Shown one piece after another: positions 46,999-56,418 of a stretch of 64,000 bases of DNA (the stretch's first letter is position 1; every line of letters starts with the position of its first letter). A program made the position numbers and the translations under genes. Location: IMG/VR virus record IMGVR_UViG_3300037423_000611, positions 1 through 64,000 of that record; one strand, given 5' to 3'. Under the pieces are notes generated by a model. The model had not been told where the DNA came from. It made no database searches and saw only the letters and a list, made by a program, of their open reading frames with translations. Source of the stretch: a virus (taxonomy: Duplodnaviria; Caudoviricetes).

Positions 46999-49802
46999 AT
47001 AACAACACTCCTTAAACTGTATTTCTTCCCTAAGTACTCTTTTCCTTTGTGGTCAAACATTGGTATTTCTACTTTACCATCACTTTTATCTTTAATAATG
47101 TTCAATATCCCCTCAATGCCGATACTCCACGCAAACTCTTTAGACTCTGTTGGATTTAATTGATAAGTGATATATACTAAGTGATTTGCTAATTCTTTTG
47201 CATTAGGGCATATAGCAAATGCTTCATTCCTAATCTCCTCATAGAACTCATTCATTCTTTTGTCGCTTTCATTGTCTTCCTCAACTTCAAAATCAATATG
47301 TTTCAGAATGTTGTTTTTAAATTTAAAATGACGTTTCTTATTAAATTTCTCATACAGCTTAATTAATCTATCTAATTTAGTCTGGTCAATTTTTATAGAT
47401 TGGTCAAAAAGAACATTGAACATATCTCCAATATTTTCGTCATTCTTAGGTCTTTTATATTTAAAATCAACTTCCTCAACCATATTACAAAGTGTATTCA
47501 TAACTGAATGATTTTTAATCACTGGCATTCTTCTATAATATTCAGATACATAGTAGGACTCTTGCTTTGTCTTATTTTTCTTCTTAAGCAGTTGATCTAA
47601 AGAACACCCAAATTTTTCCTTACATGTTCTTTCACATTTCTTTTTATACTCTCTGTATTCATTTTTAATTCTATCGTAGATATAAATCATAAAGTATGGC
47701 TTTTTATTAGCAACAAGGTTGTTATGATAATATTTATTTTGTTTTACTTCATCTGAATCATCTTCGTTAATATATTCTCGATTTTTCCATTCGGAAGGAA
47801 AGGGCTTCATCTTGATACCTTTGGCCTGATCAATTGAGTCCCCGATGTATCTACGTAGGAGTTTTATTCTTTCAATCAATTCATTATACTCCTGTGAACC
47901 TTCTTTAAAATTAGAAAGCATGGATATAAACGCAGTAGAATAATTCGTTATAACTCCAACTTTACAATCAAAACTCCTTAAATCAGTTTGTAATATATTT
48001 GTATTGTTTAACCTCTGACTTGGGGCAGAAACTTTGTCGTATGTAATCACATTCTTATTAGGATATATATTATTGAGCATCACTTCATTGTCGGTAGTAA
48101 AAACAATATCATAATCCCAATCTGAATCCGAGTGTCTTATGGTGTCAACACCCCACACATTGTAGATGATGCCCGATTTTATGTATTTGTACCATTCTTT
48201 TGTGTCCTCATTGTTTATAAAATTTAAAGGATTATGTTCGTGAAAATCAACCATTGGACTTCTACAAGCATCAACTTTTGTAACATTTCTTTCATTCCAG
48301 AAATGAGAATAATGTTCATGTTCTTTTAGTAATCCAGTGACTTCGTCATTGTCATCCTTTCTAAAAGCCCATTGCGCTTGGCCATATGGATCACTTACCA
48401 TTGCTTGATAGTTTCCTCTACTCCATACGCGTCCAATTTTCGCATCTTGAATTTTTGTGGCAATATTGTCATATAACTTCTTTTTTATATATGGGTCTTT
48501 TAATAAAGAGTCGTTATACAAAATAGCCTTTACATAATCATTGTTAGATTTATCAAATATTTTAGCAATAGAATCCGATTCTTTGCATGAACCAAGTAAG
48601 AACAAGAGCGTGTACAATTTATCTCCGCTGCAAATCTTTTCTATCCAGTTGATCGTTGGTTGTATTAAATCTTTTATTTTGTGCCTGTCGAGCGCAAGAG
48701 TCTGTATATATTGGTAATTTAGTAGACTCATTTCATTATCTACTCTTGGATTTACTTTTGTAACTCCCCATGAATGTCCATGATATTCATGAAGTTGAAC
48801 ATACTGAGACCAAGATGAATAGAACTTATACATTTTAAATTGGCTTACGCTCAATAGGATGTCAATTTGGTCAATATCCCAAGTATCTCCATAATAATCA
48901 ACAATTTTGGTTGTTTTTGCTATTTTGGCAGCGTGTTTATGGAAATCGTAGACCACCAATTGTCCTTTTACAAAAGCTGAACGAATTCCAAATTGTGACG
49001 GTAAATAGTCTAAATCTAAATCTTCCTGCCATAATTCAGCCATTCTTGGAGATATTAAACCTTGACCGTCCCACATGTTTGGTACAAATTCAAAATCTTC
49101 TCTCACTGTCATTCTTCTTCGATTAATCTTCTTTCCATTTTCTCCTTGCAGTTCAACGTCCTCTACCCAATCCACCGCTTTGGGTAATTTATACTTTTCA
49201 CAGTCTGCAATCAAACACACTCTCGGTGTTCTTACCTCATATGTAGCAGACATGTGAAGCCCGAAGTAGGCGTTATATTTTGCCACGTTAATTTTCTTAA
49301 TGTTTAATCCACAGTTTAGTCTTTTTTCTAATTCATCTTTAATCTCAACATTCACAAAAGATGCAGTACTTCGTCTAGATTGGCCTGAACCACTGCACAA
49401 TCTAAGAAAACGTATTCCGTTAATGCTGAATCCATTTTTGAAAATTTTCTTATAGACTTTGCGGTCATCAACTTTTACATTAATGATATCAGGAACAAAT
49501 AAAATATCATCGATCTCTTTTTGTTTTTCAGTAATGAGTGTAGCGTTTTCTTCTGTAGATTCTAATTCTTTAAACTGATTACGTTCTTTAACTAACTCGT
49601 CTAATTTACTCAAATCTACATCAGAATTCCTAATACTTCTGATTGAACGAAATACTTGATTATCTCCAATTTGAACAATTTCACCATTTAATCTTGCTTG
49701 AGCAACAGTTAAACTTTCAATGCTACACCCAGACTCATTGAGTCTAGATGTAGTTATTTTAAAAACGTAATATTGTTGTAATTTCACCATGCAATCACTC
49801 AC
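46995..49802 (-). CDS. yonO: YonO-like single-subunit DNA-dependent RNA polymerase
   Basis: 935 aa; WDGQGLISP, FGIR...KG, SQFK, RSP and DxDxD (DWDYD) motifs of the RdRP-like double-psi barrel family; SPbeta synteny. Confidence 0.88.
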   Translation of the reverse strand: MSDCMVKLQQYYVFKITTSRLNESGCSIESLTVAQARLNGEIVQIGDNQVFRSIRSIRNSDVDLSKLDELVKERNQFKELESTEENATLITEKQKEIDDILFVPDIINVKVDDRKVYKKIFKNGFSINGIRFLRLCSGSGQSRRSTASFVNVEIKDELEKRLNCGLNIKKINVAKYNAYFGLHMSATYEVRTPRVCLIADCEKYKLPKAVDWVEDVELQGENGKKINRRRMTVREDFEFVPNMWDGQGLISPRMAELWQEDLDLDYLPSQFGIRSAFVKGQLVVYDFHKHAAKIAKTTKIVDYYGDTWDIDQIDILLSVSQFKMYKFYSSWSQYVQLHEYHGHSWGVTKVNPRVDNEMSLLNYQYIQTLALDRHKIKDLIQPTINWIEKICSGDKLYTLLFLLGSCKESDSIAKIFDKSNNDYVKAILYNDSLLKDPYIKKKLYDNIATKIQDAKIGRVWSRGNYQAMVSDPYGQAQWAFRKDDNDEVTGLLKEHEHYSHFWNERNVTKVDACRSPMVDFHEHNPLNFINNEDTKEWYKYIKSGIIYNVWGVDTIRHSDSDWDYDIVFTTDNEVMLNNIYPNKNVITYDKVSAPSQRLNNTNILQTDLRSFDCKVGVITNYSTAFISMLSNFKEGSQEYNELIERIKLLRRYIGDSIDQAKGIKMKPFPSEWKNREYINEDDSDEVKQNKYYHNNLVANKKPYFMIYIYDRIKNEYREYKKKCERTCKEKFGCSLDQLLKKKNKTKQESYYVSEYYRRMPVIKNHSVMNTLCNMVEEVDFKYKRPKNDENIGDMFNVLFDQSIKIDQTKLDRLIKLYEKFNKKRHFKFKNNILKHIDFEVEEDNESDKRMNEFYEEIRNEAFAICPNAKELANHLVYITYQLNPTESKEFAWSIGIEGILNIIKDKSDGKVEIPMFDHKGKEYLGKKYSLRSVVI

Positions 49803-51297
49803 TTTCTTTTAAGTATTTTACGTTTGTGAACCCATAAGAAGTAAAATAGTTAATTATTTCTTGATTAAAATTTTCAATGCTTATATATTTATTAAATCCA
49901 AGTGAATTAAAATAATAATGATATCTGGGTATCATAAAAATATATTTATCTACATTTTTTCTTCTTAGAAAATTCAATTCATTAATAAATACTTCTTGCA
50001 TGTAGGAATCGTTTGCTTTAAATTCTTTTAAAAATTTAAACCTTATAGCGTTGTTTATTTTTCTGTTCTTATTTGCATTAATTAGAAAAATCTCTTTATC
50101 TAAAAAATCCTTCAACAAATTAAAGAATTTATCTTTCTTTTCTTGTTTCAGTTTTTCTTCTAACACTATTTTCTTTTTGCGTCGATTAACAACATTGTCA
50201 ACTATATCTTTAATAAATGAATTAATGATATCCTTGTCTGTTAAGTCACATTCAACGCTATCTACATTTTTGTATCCAGTTGACTTTCTCCATCCCAAAC
50301 CTCCACGCTTTCCTCTAAATGGAATAGACCTTTCATATTCAACACAACAATCAATTTGATTATCTTTAATAAAAAATGTAAATTCTGTATCATGATTTGT
50401 AAAATCAATAGCACAAATATAATATTTGCCAGTTCCTTTTCTATAAACAAAATTGCACGTGATATCTTCTGCCTTAAAATAATTATTTAATTCTATTACC
50501 ACTTCCTGAGAAGATTTATTTATGTATGTGTCAAATGCTACTCTGTTTTGTTTTATATCATATAAACGTTTATCTTCGTCAATAAATGGTTGTAGTGCTT
50601 CATTGTTAAGTGTTAAAGCCTTATGTTCAGAATTTACCTCAAAATTCGTTAGGTCATATGTATAAAATTGACTCAAATACATGATCTTATATGGAAGACT
50701 GTTGCTGATAATATCTCTCCCTATATAAACTCGACCTGTTTTAGCATCTAAATATGTATCTGAATGCTGTTCTATTGTTTTATAATGCATACTATGAGTA
50801 ATATAATCTTCTTCAATATTTAAATTGTACTTTTCTAGTCCCAATATCCATATGTCCGTTATATTTGCTAATTGATACAATCTCCTTCTTTCTATAAACT
50901 CAGTAGCAATAGGAGAGCATTGAAATTCAAATACATATTTCTGCTCATCGACTTCAAAATAAATATCTGGTCTTTGTTTGGTGGAGGGGATGTATGATTC
51001 TAATTGCAGATTCTTAATTTTTCCATCTTTCTCCAACTGTTCAAGCCAATTATATAACAACATTTTACCTTTAATATGCTCTTCGGTCTCTGGCTCAGAA
51101 TATAAACCTTCACAACTCCTATTCTTTTCACTATGTCTAAAATAAGGTAGTTTAATTTCACCATGACAATATTCATATCTGCTTCCACAGTCAGGGCAAA
51201 ATAATTTCTTTTTATCTGACCATTTCTTTAATGTGTATTTGTCATATTTACCATCGAAACAATTTATTATTGTCTCTCCAATTTTTGCAGTTAGCAG
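49795..51297 (-). CDS. CoiA-like PD-(D/E)XK nuclease-domain protein
   Basis: ORF extends 78 codons upstream to CTG 51297 after GAGGAGG: FCPDCG...LPYFRH...ETEEHIKGK, QRPDI, FEFQCS. Confidence 0.78.
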   Translation of the reverse strand: MLTAKIGETIINCFDGKYDKYTLKKWSDKKKLFCPDCGSRYEYCHGEIKLPYFRHSEKNRSCEGLYSEPETEEHIKGKMLLYNWLEQLEKDGKIKNLQLESYIPSTKQRPDIYFEVDEQKYVFEFQCSPIATEFIERRRLYQLANITDIWILGLEKYNLNIEEDYITHSMHYKTIEQHSDTYLDAKTGRVYIGRDIISNSLPYKIMYLSQFYTYDLTNFEVNSEHKALTLNNEALQPFIDEDKRLYDIKQNRVAFDTYINKSSQEVVIELNNYFKAEDITCNFVYRKGTGKYYICAIDFTNHDTEFTFFIKDNQIDCCVEYERSIPFRGKRGGLGWRKSTGYKNVDSVECDLTDKDIINSFIKDIVDNVVNRRKKKIVLEEKLKQEKKDKFFNLLKDFLDKEIFLINANKNRKINNAIRFKFLKEFKANDSYMQEVFINELNFLRRKNVDKYIFMIPRYHYYFNSLGFNKYISIENFNQEIINYFTSYGFTNVKYLKESE

Positions 51298-51358
51298 ATT
51301 GTTTCCTCCTCACTATTTTTATTATTTTTTTAAATTATGTATTATTTTATTCCTATGT

Positions 51359-51550
51359 CTAATAATAAATCTTTCCAACAACGTTTCCCCTCATATCCTT
51401 AATCACTTTCTCTTCGGCCTTATCATAATAATCATAACTCGTATCCACTCTTTGCATATCCATTAATTCCAACAGTCTGCTTTCATTCCAAGAGCCATTG
51501 TATTCCTCTTCTACTCTCATTCTTGCTTGCTCATTATTCAATTTAGCCAT
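51359..51550 (-). CDS. Small hypothetical protein
   Basis: 63 aa, SD AAGGAG, first gene after leftward promoter. Confidence 0.65.
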   Translation of the reverse strand: MAKLNNEQARMRVEEEYNGSWNESRLLELMDMQRVDTSYDYYDKAEEKVIKDMRGNVVGKIYY

Positions 51551-51641
51551 ATTTCATATCTCCTTTGTTGTGTATTATTTTCAGGTATGTCAAGATCCAC
51601 TTCACGAATCCTCACCCCCTTTTGTTTAACTTTCTATACAC

Positions 51642-51671
51642 ATTATAACTGATTATTTTATATCTGTAAAC
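51642..51671 (-). promoter_or_regulatory. SigA promoter for the leftward RNAP operon
   Basis: TTTACA-17 nt-TATAAT; 22-mer identical to 60294-60315. Confidence 0.8.
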
Positions 51672-51836
51672 AAGCAGTTTTAAAATGGTACAAGCATAGT
51701 AATATTTTCTTTTCTTGGACTGGCAATTTCTAGTCATTTGCCCATATAGTAAAGTATCACCAGTTAAACACTACATTGAAATTTAGAAGTGGTGTTGAAA
51801 TGGTTAAACAGTACTTATACAACAAGAGGTGATTAC

Positions 51837-52658
51837 ATGAGTGAGAACATAGCCATAGACAACGGGAGAGCATTTAATAAGATTGCTACCCAATCAAAAA
51901 CATTCTCTTACCCCTCAGTCTTAGGTGAATGGAAAGATCGTTCAGGATTTAAGGAAACAAAATTTGGTGAATATGACTTGGAGATTGAGTTCGAATCTAA
52001 ACGTTGGTTCGGAGGGACGCTCGCTTTAAACGAATCTACATTCCAATGTACTATGCACACAGAGACGAAAGACCGATTAGAGAATTTAGTCAATATCCTA
52101 ACAAGCATTCACTTAGCGACAGAAGAATCTAACATAAGAGTAATTACTTGTCAACCAATCAAAGTTCACACTGATGAGAATAAACGAATAATTAAGGAGA
52201 TGTTGTTGGGGAGTAAAACAATCACAGTAAATGGAATAACAAAAACCTTCAATATAGAAGATGTTCTAATCGCATGTGAAGGTGGGGTGGCTGCTTATTC
52301 GTTATCTTCCTATCCAAAACTTCTACGTTTGATAGATGTAGGTTCCGCAACCATCAATACAGCTACATTGAGGAATGATAAGTTTATATTGAACGAATCT
52401 TCAACTTTACCATTTGGCCTTGATACAGAAGAGGATATTGATTTAGAGAAGTTAGCAAGCAAGGTTATAAGCGAATGCTCAAAGAAGTGGAAGCCAACGA
52501 ACCATGTTGTTTTAGTTGGGGGAGGGGCAGAAAAGTTGCTTCCTTACATTCAGGATTATTTCAAGAAAACAACTCTTCATCCACATCATCAATTTGCTAA
52601 TGTTATGGGGATGTATAAAGTGGGGTGTTCACAGTGGCAAGTATCAAACGTGTCTTAG
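51837..52658 (+). CDS. parM: ParM/StbA-family actin-like partition ATPase
   Basis: IAIDNGRAFNK, ACEGG, IDVGSATIN, LVGGGA, FANVMG motifs. Confidence 0.88.
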   Translation: MSENIAIDNGRAFNKIATQSKTFSYPSVLGEWKDRSGFKETKFGEYDLEIEFESKRWFGGTLALNESTFQCTMHTETKDRLENLVNILTSIHLATEESNIRVITCQPIKVHTDENKRIIKEMLLGSKTITVNGITKTFNIEDVLIACEGGVAAYSLSSYPKLLRLIDVGSATINTATLRNDKFILNESSTLPFGLDTEEDIDLEKLASKVISECSKKWKPTNHVVLVGGGAEKLLPYIQDYFKKTTLHPHHQFANVMGMYKVGCSQWQVSNVS

Positions 52659-52849
52659 TTTGCTTTAATGAAGAAAATAAGTCACAAAATGATTTATGGC
52701 AACTGTTAGTTAAAGAATTTGGTACAAATTTATCTGGTGGTGTTAAAAACGTGTTGTGGTCATACTTCAATGGATCTCTAAGCAGACCACAACAGCCACA
52801 AATTGAGATTAAACAAGAAAAATCTTCATCAATGGAAAGTGTCTTATGA
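52625..52849 (+). CDS. Small ParR-like adaptor
   Basis: Overlaps parM stop; short beta-strand/helix-helix pattern. Confidence 0.5.
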   Translation: MFTVASIKRVLVCFNEENKSQNDLWQLLVKEFGTNLSGGVKNVLWSYFNGSLSRPQQPQIEIKQEKSSSMESVL

Positions 52850-52926
52850 TTTCTCAGATTCCCTCATCTTTTCAACGTCTCTTTGAACGTCTTTAGCTTC
52901 ATCTTTAGTAATATTAGGAACAGCCA

Positions 52927-53394
52927 TTGCAAATCCCTCCTAGAAAGGTGATTAGATTGAGTAAAGAATTGACCATTAAACTGTCTGAGGGTTTATATGA
53001 CAAGGCATTAAGTTTTGTCCACGTCTTAAATTATCTTAATGAGAATGTAGAAAGAGAAGTGACACTTGAAGAAATCATCAAGACCTCACTCCACTATTAT
53101 CTTTGCCGATTTTACGACAACCTAATCAACGAACACAAAAATGAAAAGGTCATTACTTTAGGAAATCCAGACTTACCACTTAGATTTAATCTTGAGCCAT
53201 TTATTGAAGAAAAGAATATGCAATATACTCACATTGCAAAGCAATTAGGAGTTAGTTTAGGAACCTTAAAGGGTATTATCAACAATAAGCACATGCCCTC
53301 TGTAGACATCTTTATCCGTTTGTGGGTACTCATAGGATGCCCACCACTTCATGAAATCTTATACAGGGAAAAGGAGAATGATTCAAATGACTAA
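52927..53394 (+). CDS. Transcriptional regulator with C-terminal XRE HTH
   Basis: YTHIAKQLGVSLGTLKGIINNKHMPSVD. Confidence 0.75.
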   Translation: MQIPPRKVIRLSKELTIKLSEGLYDKALSFVHVLNYLNENVEREVTLEEIIKTSLHYYLCRFYDNLINEHKNEKVITLGNPDLPLRFNLEPFIEEKNMQYTHIAKQLGVSLGTLKGIINNKHMPSVDIFIRLWVLIGCPPLHEILYREKENDSND

Positions 53395-53518
53395 ACTTCA
53401 GGTGTTAAAAAGTGAACTTCAAGACAAAATGGAATATTTCCAATGGCTTGTTCAGGATATTGAGGCCACACTTAATCAAATTGAAACGCTAGAAAAAGAA
53501 GGTGAACTTCATGTTTAG
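53387..53518 (+). CDS. Small coiled-coil peptide (43 aa)
   Basis: Hand-translated MTKLQVLKSEL...ELHV after AAGGAG; coupled to neighbours. Confidence 0.5.
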   Translation: MTKLQVLKSELQDKMEYFQWLVQDIEATLNQIETLEKEGELHV

Positions 53519-53699
53519 ATATCATGACGTAGGCTTTTGGAGCATTTTTAAGCGCAGAGTGTATCTCGTAGCAACTCAAACTACCGTTAAACATGTTGAA
53601 GCAAGCGCATTAGACCGCTACATTAAACGTAGTGAGGATGCTTGGAGATGGACAATTCAATATACAATGTATAGATACTTTAAGAAACAAGGGATGTAG
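53511..53699 (+). CDS. Small hypothetical protein
   Basis: MFRYHDVGFW... after GAAGGTG SD. Confidence 0.55.
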   Translation: MFRYHDVGFWSIFKRRVYLVATQTTVKHVEASALDRYIKRSEDAWRWTIQYTMYRYFKKQGM

Positions 53700-53700
53700 G

Positions 53701-54205
53701 GTGCGAGTATTTTTAAATGATAAAGTGAAGGAATTGGTTATTACAAGTGGTTTTCATTCAGTAGATACGGTTCACAAAACACCGCACACTGGAATTGATA
53801 TTCAAATGAACATGAATACCCCCATATTAAGTCCGGTCAAAGGTTACGTATCAGAAGTATTCAATTACGGTAGTCAAAATGCAGGGCTTGGTCTTAAAGT
53901 TAAAATGGAAAACGGGTCAGAATTGATTTTCGGTCATATGTCATTCGTTTCCCAAAAGGTGGGTGATGCTATTAGTGTAGGTGAGCAACTTGGCCTAAGT
54001 GGAAATACAGGTTGCTCTACTGCACCCCACTAGTCACTTACATGTAGGTTTAAAAGTAAATGGATCTTTTGCAGACCCCTCATATTACGTAGACTTGATG
54101 CAACAGGTATACTACAACTACTCCCACCACATCACTCAATTCGCTTCAGATAATTCCCATCTATATAACGCTGTTCACAGTATCATTCAAGCATTTACAA
54201 ATTAA
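53701..54205 (+). pseudogene. M23 peptidase gene broken by a 7-nt insertion in the HxH motif
   Basis: HTGID...GH...GNTGCSTAPH-stop, with HLHVG in another frame; deleting 54031-54037 restores PHLH and a 165-aa ORF. Confidence 0.8.
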
Positions 54206-54417
54206 TCTTTAATCACATCATATTCTTTCAGTACACTTATAATTTCATCCAATTTATCTACATTTTTAATACCTAACTTATCCATAATTTCAAATCTATA
54301 TTTATCAAGATTTTTTTCCCAATCTTTCATATACAGTTGCCACATGTGCATGATTATCACCTCAAGTTTAGTATAACCGTTTTAAAAGTAAAAATACATG
54401 AGAGAAGGTTGTTAATA

Positions 54418-54567
54418 ATGACAGGTTTTGAAGGTCTATTGCTTACTACAATGAAGATTTGTGCAGGTTTTGCGATTATATTTGGAGTCCGTATTGCTGC
54501 TAATTTCTACTTTGGTGACGCAGATAAAGGAGGTAAAGGCAATGAATTCAAGCGTCTTGGTCGCTAA
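54418..54567 (+). CDS. Small membrane protein (49 aa)
   Basis: One hydrophobic helix; SD GAAGG; overlaps next gene. Confidence 0.5.
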   Translation: MTGFEGLLLTTMKICAGFAIIFGVRIAANFYFGDADKGGKGNEFKRLGR

Positions 54568-55141
54568 CATCAAAGCAAGAAAAAGCGAGGCTACTGTTAA
54601 AACTGAAAGTAAAACAATCACTATTGACCATAGAAAGCAATTCGTTCCTGTGAAAGAGACTGTAAATTTTCCTTTGGAGATAGAAAAGGTGGTGAGAAAG
54701 AATCTCCAAAACAAACTATTCTCACTACCCATTGTAACAGTCACGGGGTTAGCATCCGTATTGGTAGCAGAGCCAACATTAGCACAGGAAGTAATGGGAG
54801 CAGCGCAAGCAACAGCAGACCCACTCATGTCAGGAGAGTTAGTAAAGTTCTTCATCAAGTCTGCATTATGGATGGACGTAGTAGCGTTAGGGGTGTCAAT
54901 AGCATCATCTCCAGTAATAGGGTTCGTGAGTATATTCAACGCAAATACAGCAAAAGAATGGACTCACAATCTGTTAAAAGGGATGGGAATTACGCTGTTC
55001 CTACAAATGTTATTAATAGGTCTCATTTATCTAGGTCATTTGCTGTTTGGGGAAAATCCATATTACATCGACCCTTGGGCTATCTTAGCACCATGTATCA
55101 AACCTGCTATTCTAGAAGTAGTAAGATCCTTCAAGTCATAG
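54542..55141 (+). CDS. VirB2/TrbC-like membrane protein
   Basis: SD AAAGGAGGT; long leader then two hydrophobic helices separated by a W...KG motif. Confidence 0.5.
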   Translation: MNSSVLVANIKARKSEATVKTESKTITIDHRKQFVPVKETVNFPLEIEKVVRKNLQNKLFSLPIVTVTGLASVLVAEPTLAQEVMGAAQATADPLMSGELVKFFIKSALWMDVVALGVSIASSPVIGFVSIFNANTAKEWTHNLLKGMGITLFLQMLLIGLIYLGHLLFGENPYYIDPWAILAPCIKPAILEVVRSFKS

Positions 55142-56301
55142 GGCTTTCAACGTTTGGATTTGGTTTATTCCCACAATTCGCTTTCGCAGAAGGCAACAAT
55201 CCTTCATTTTGGGATAAAGCAAGTACTTTTTTCGAGTATATGGGGAAGTTCTTTGCATGGTGCGATAAAGCACTAGATTGGATATATAACCTACCTCAAC
55301 ATATCTTAAACGGTTCTATACAATTTCTAGGATGGTTATATGAAATAATTGCTGATTTCATGTTGGGCGTTCCATCTGAGTTATTCACTAGTAATTGGTT
55401 TACAACAGCTTCAATTGTGTTTGGACTCATAGGTTGTTTATTCTCTATAGCATTGGGTAGTTATGAAGGATTACGACACGCAATCTTTCCCTTAAATAGA
55501 AGTCAAAGTAGTACATTTACAGACTGGAAAACATTATTTAAACGAATCCCCATAGCGACTATTGGAGCCGGATTTGCGCCTAAAGCATTCGAGATAGTAT
55601 TTACCTACTTAGATAAATTCACATCTGCTTTAATTCACGCAGGAAAGGATCAAATTGTTACTGCTGCTACCCATGCTAATATTGTTGGATTTGGTTGGTT
55701 CGATGCAATTGCACTTGTATTATTTGATATAGCCTTTGTTGTAAAAATGTACCCATTATTCATGCAATTGGCCTCTAGATATTTTAACCTCCTAGCACTT
55801 GGAGCATTAACGCCTTTAGCGTTAGGCTGTTGGGTGTATGATGAGCATCGAGGTTGGTTTGATGAATGGCTAGATTCCCTTAAGAAGATTATCTTCTCTA
55901 TGATTTGGTACGCACTATTCCTTACCGCAATGGGTGTCCTGATTGTCGGTATAGGTGGAACCACAACATTTAAAGGATTATTTATTAAGTTGCTAATCAT
56001 CATTGGCTGTGTAATTACAATGACAAATCCACCACATATCTTAAAAAGATACATTAACAATGGTGAAGATGTATCAGATATGATTAAAAAATTCAAAGAT
56101 GTAGTAATGATGGAGAATATTAAGAGAAGCAGTGGAGCAAAAGGAGTTAAATTCATAAAAGGTTATTACTCAAAAGAGGCGATTAATGAGCGCAAAGATA
56201 ATAGAAAGCAGAAAATAGAGGCAACCACCAAGAAACAAAAGAAGACAATTCTAAATGGTTATGTATTCTGGCATCTGCTTAAGAACAAATTTAAGAAGTA
56301 A
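54868..56301 (+). CDS. Polytopic VirB6/TrbL-like membrane protein (true start probably near 55090-55150)
   Basis: Five to six hydrophobic segments; RYFNL..LGALTPLAL..W...WFDEW pattern. Confidence 0.6.
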   Translation: MDGRSSVRGVNSIISSNRVREYIQRKYSKRMDSQSVKRDGNYAVPTNVINRSHLSRSFAVWGKSILHRPLGYLSTMYQTCYSRSSKILQVIGLSTFGFGLFPQFAFAEGNNPSFWDKASTFFEYMGKFFAWCDKALDWIYNLPQHILNGSIQFLGWLYEIIADFMLGVPSELFTSNWFTTASIVFGLIGCLFSIALGSYEGLRHAIFPLNRSQSSTFTDWKTLFKRIPIATIGAGFAPKAFEIVFTYLDKFTSALIHAGKDQIVTAATHANIVGFGWFDAIALVLFDIAFVVKMYPLFMQLASRYFNLLALGALTPLALGCWVYDEHRGWFDEWLDSLKKIIFSMIWYALFLTAMGVLIVGIGGTTTFKGLFIKLLIIIGCVITMTNPPHILKRYINNGEDVSDMIKKFKDVVMMENIKRSSGAKGVKFIKGYYSKEAINERKDNRKQKIEATTKKQKKTILNGYVFWHLLKNKFKK

Positions 56302-56313
56302 AGGAGATTAATT

Positions 56314-56418
56314 ATGAAAGAAGTTCTAATCATTAACACCATCATGATTGCAGTAAACACATTGGTTATCTTCATAGCAAGTAAAATTATTGAGGGGAGA
56401 AATAGACATGATTATTAA
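56314..56418 (+). CDS. Small membrane peptide (34 aa)
   Basis: SD AAGGAG; MKEVLIINTIMIAVNTLVIFIASKII... Confidence 0.5.
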   Translation: MKEVLIINTIMIAVNTLVIFIASKIIEGRNRHDY

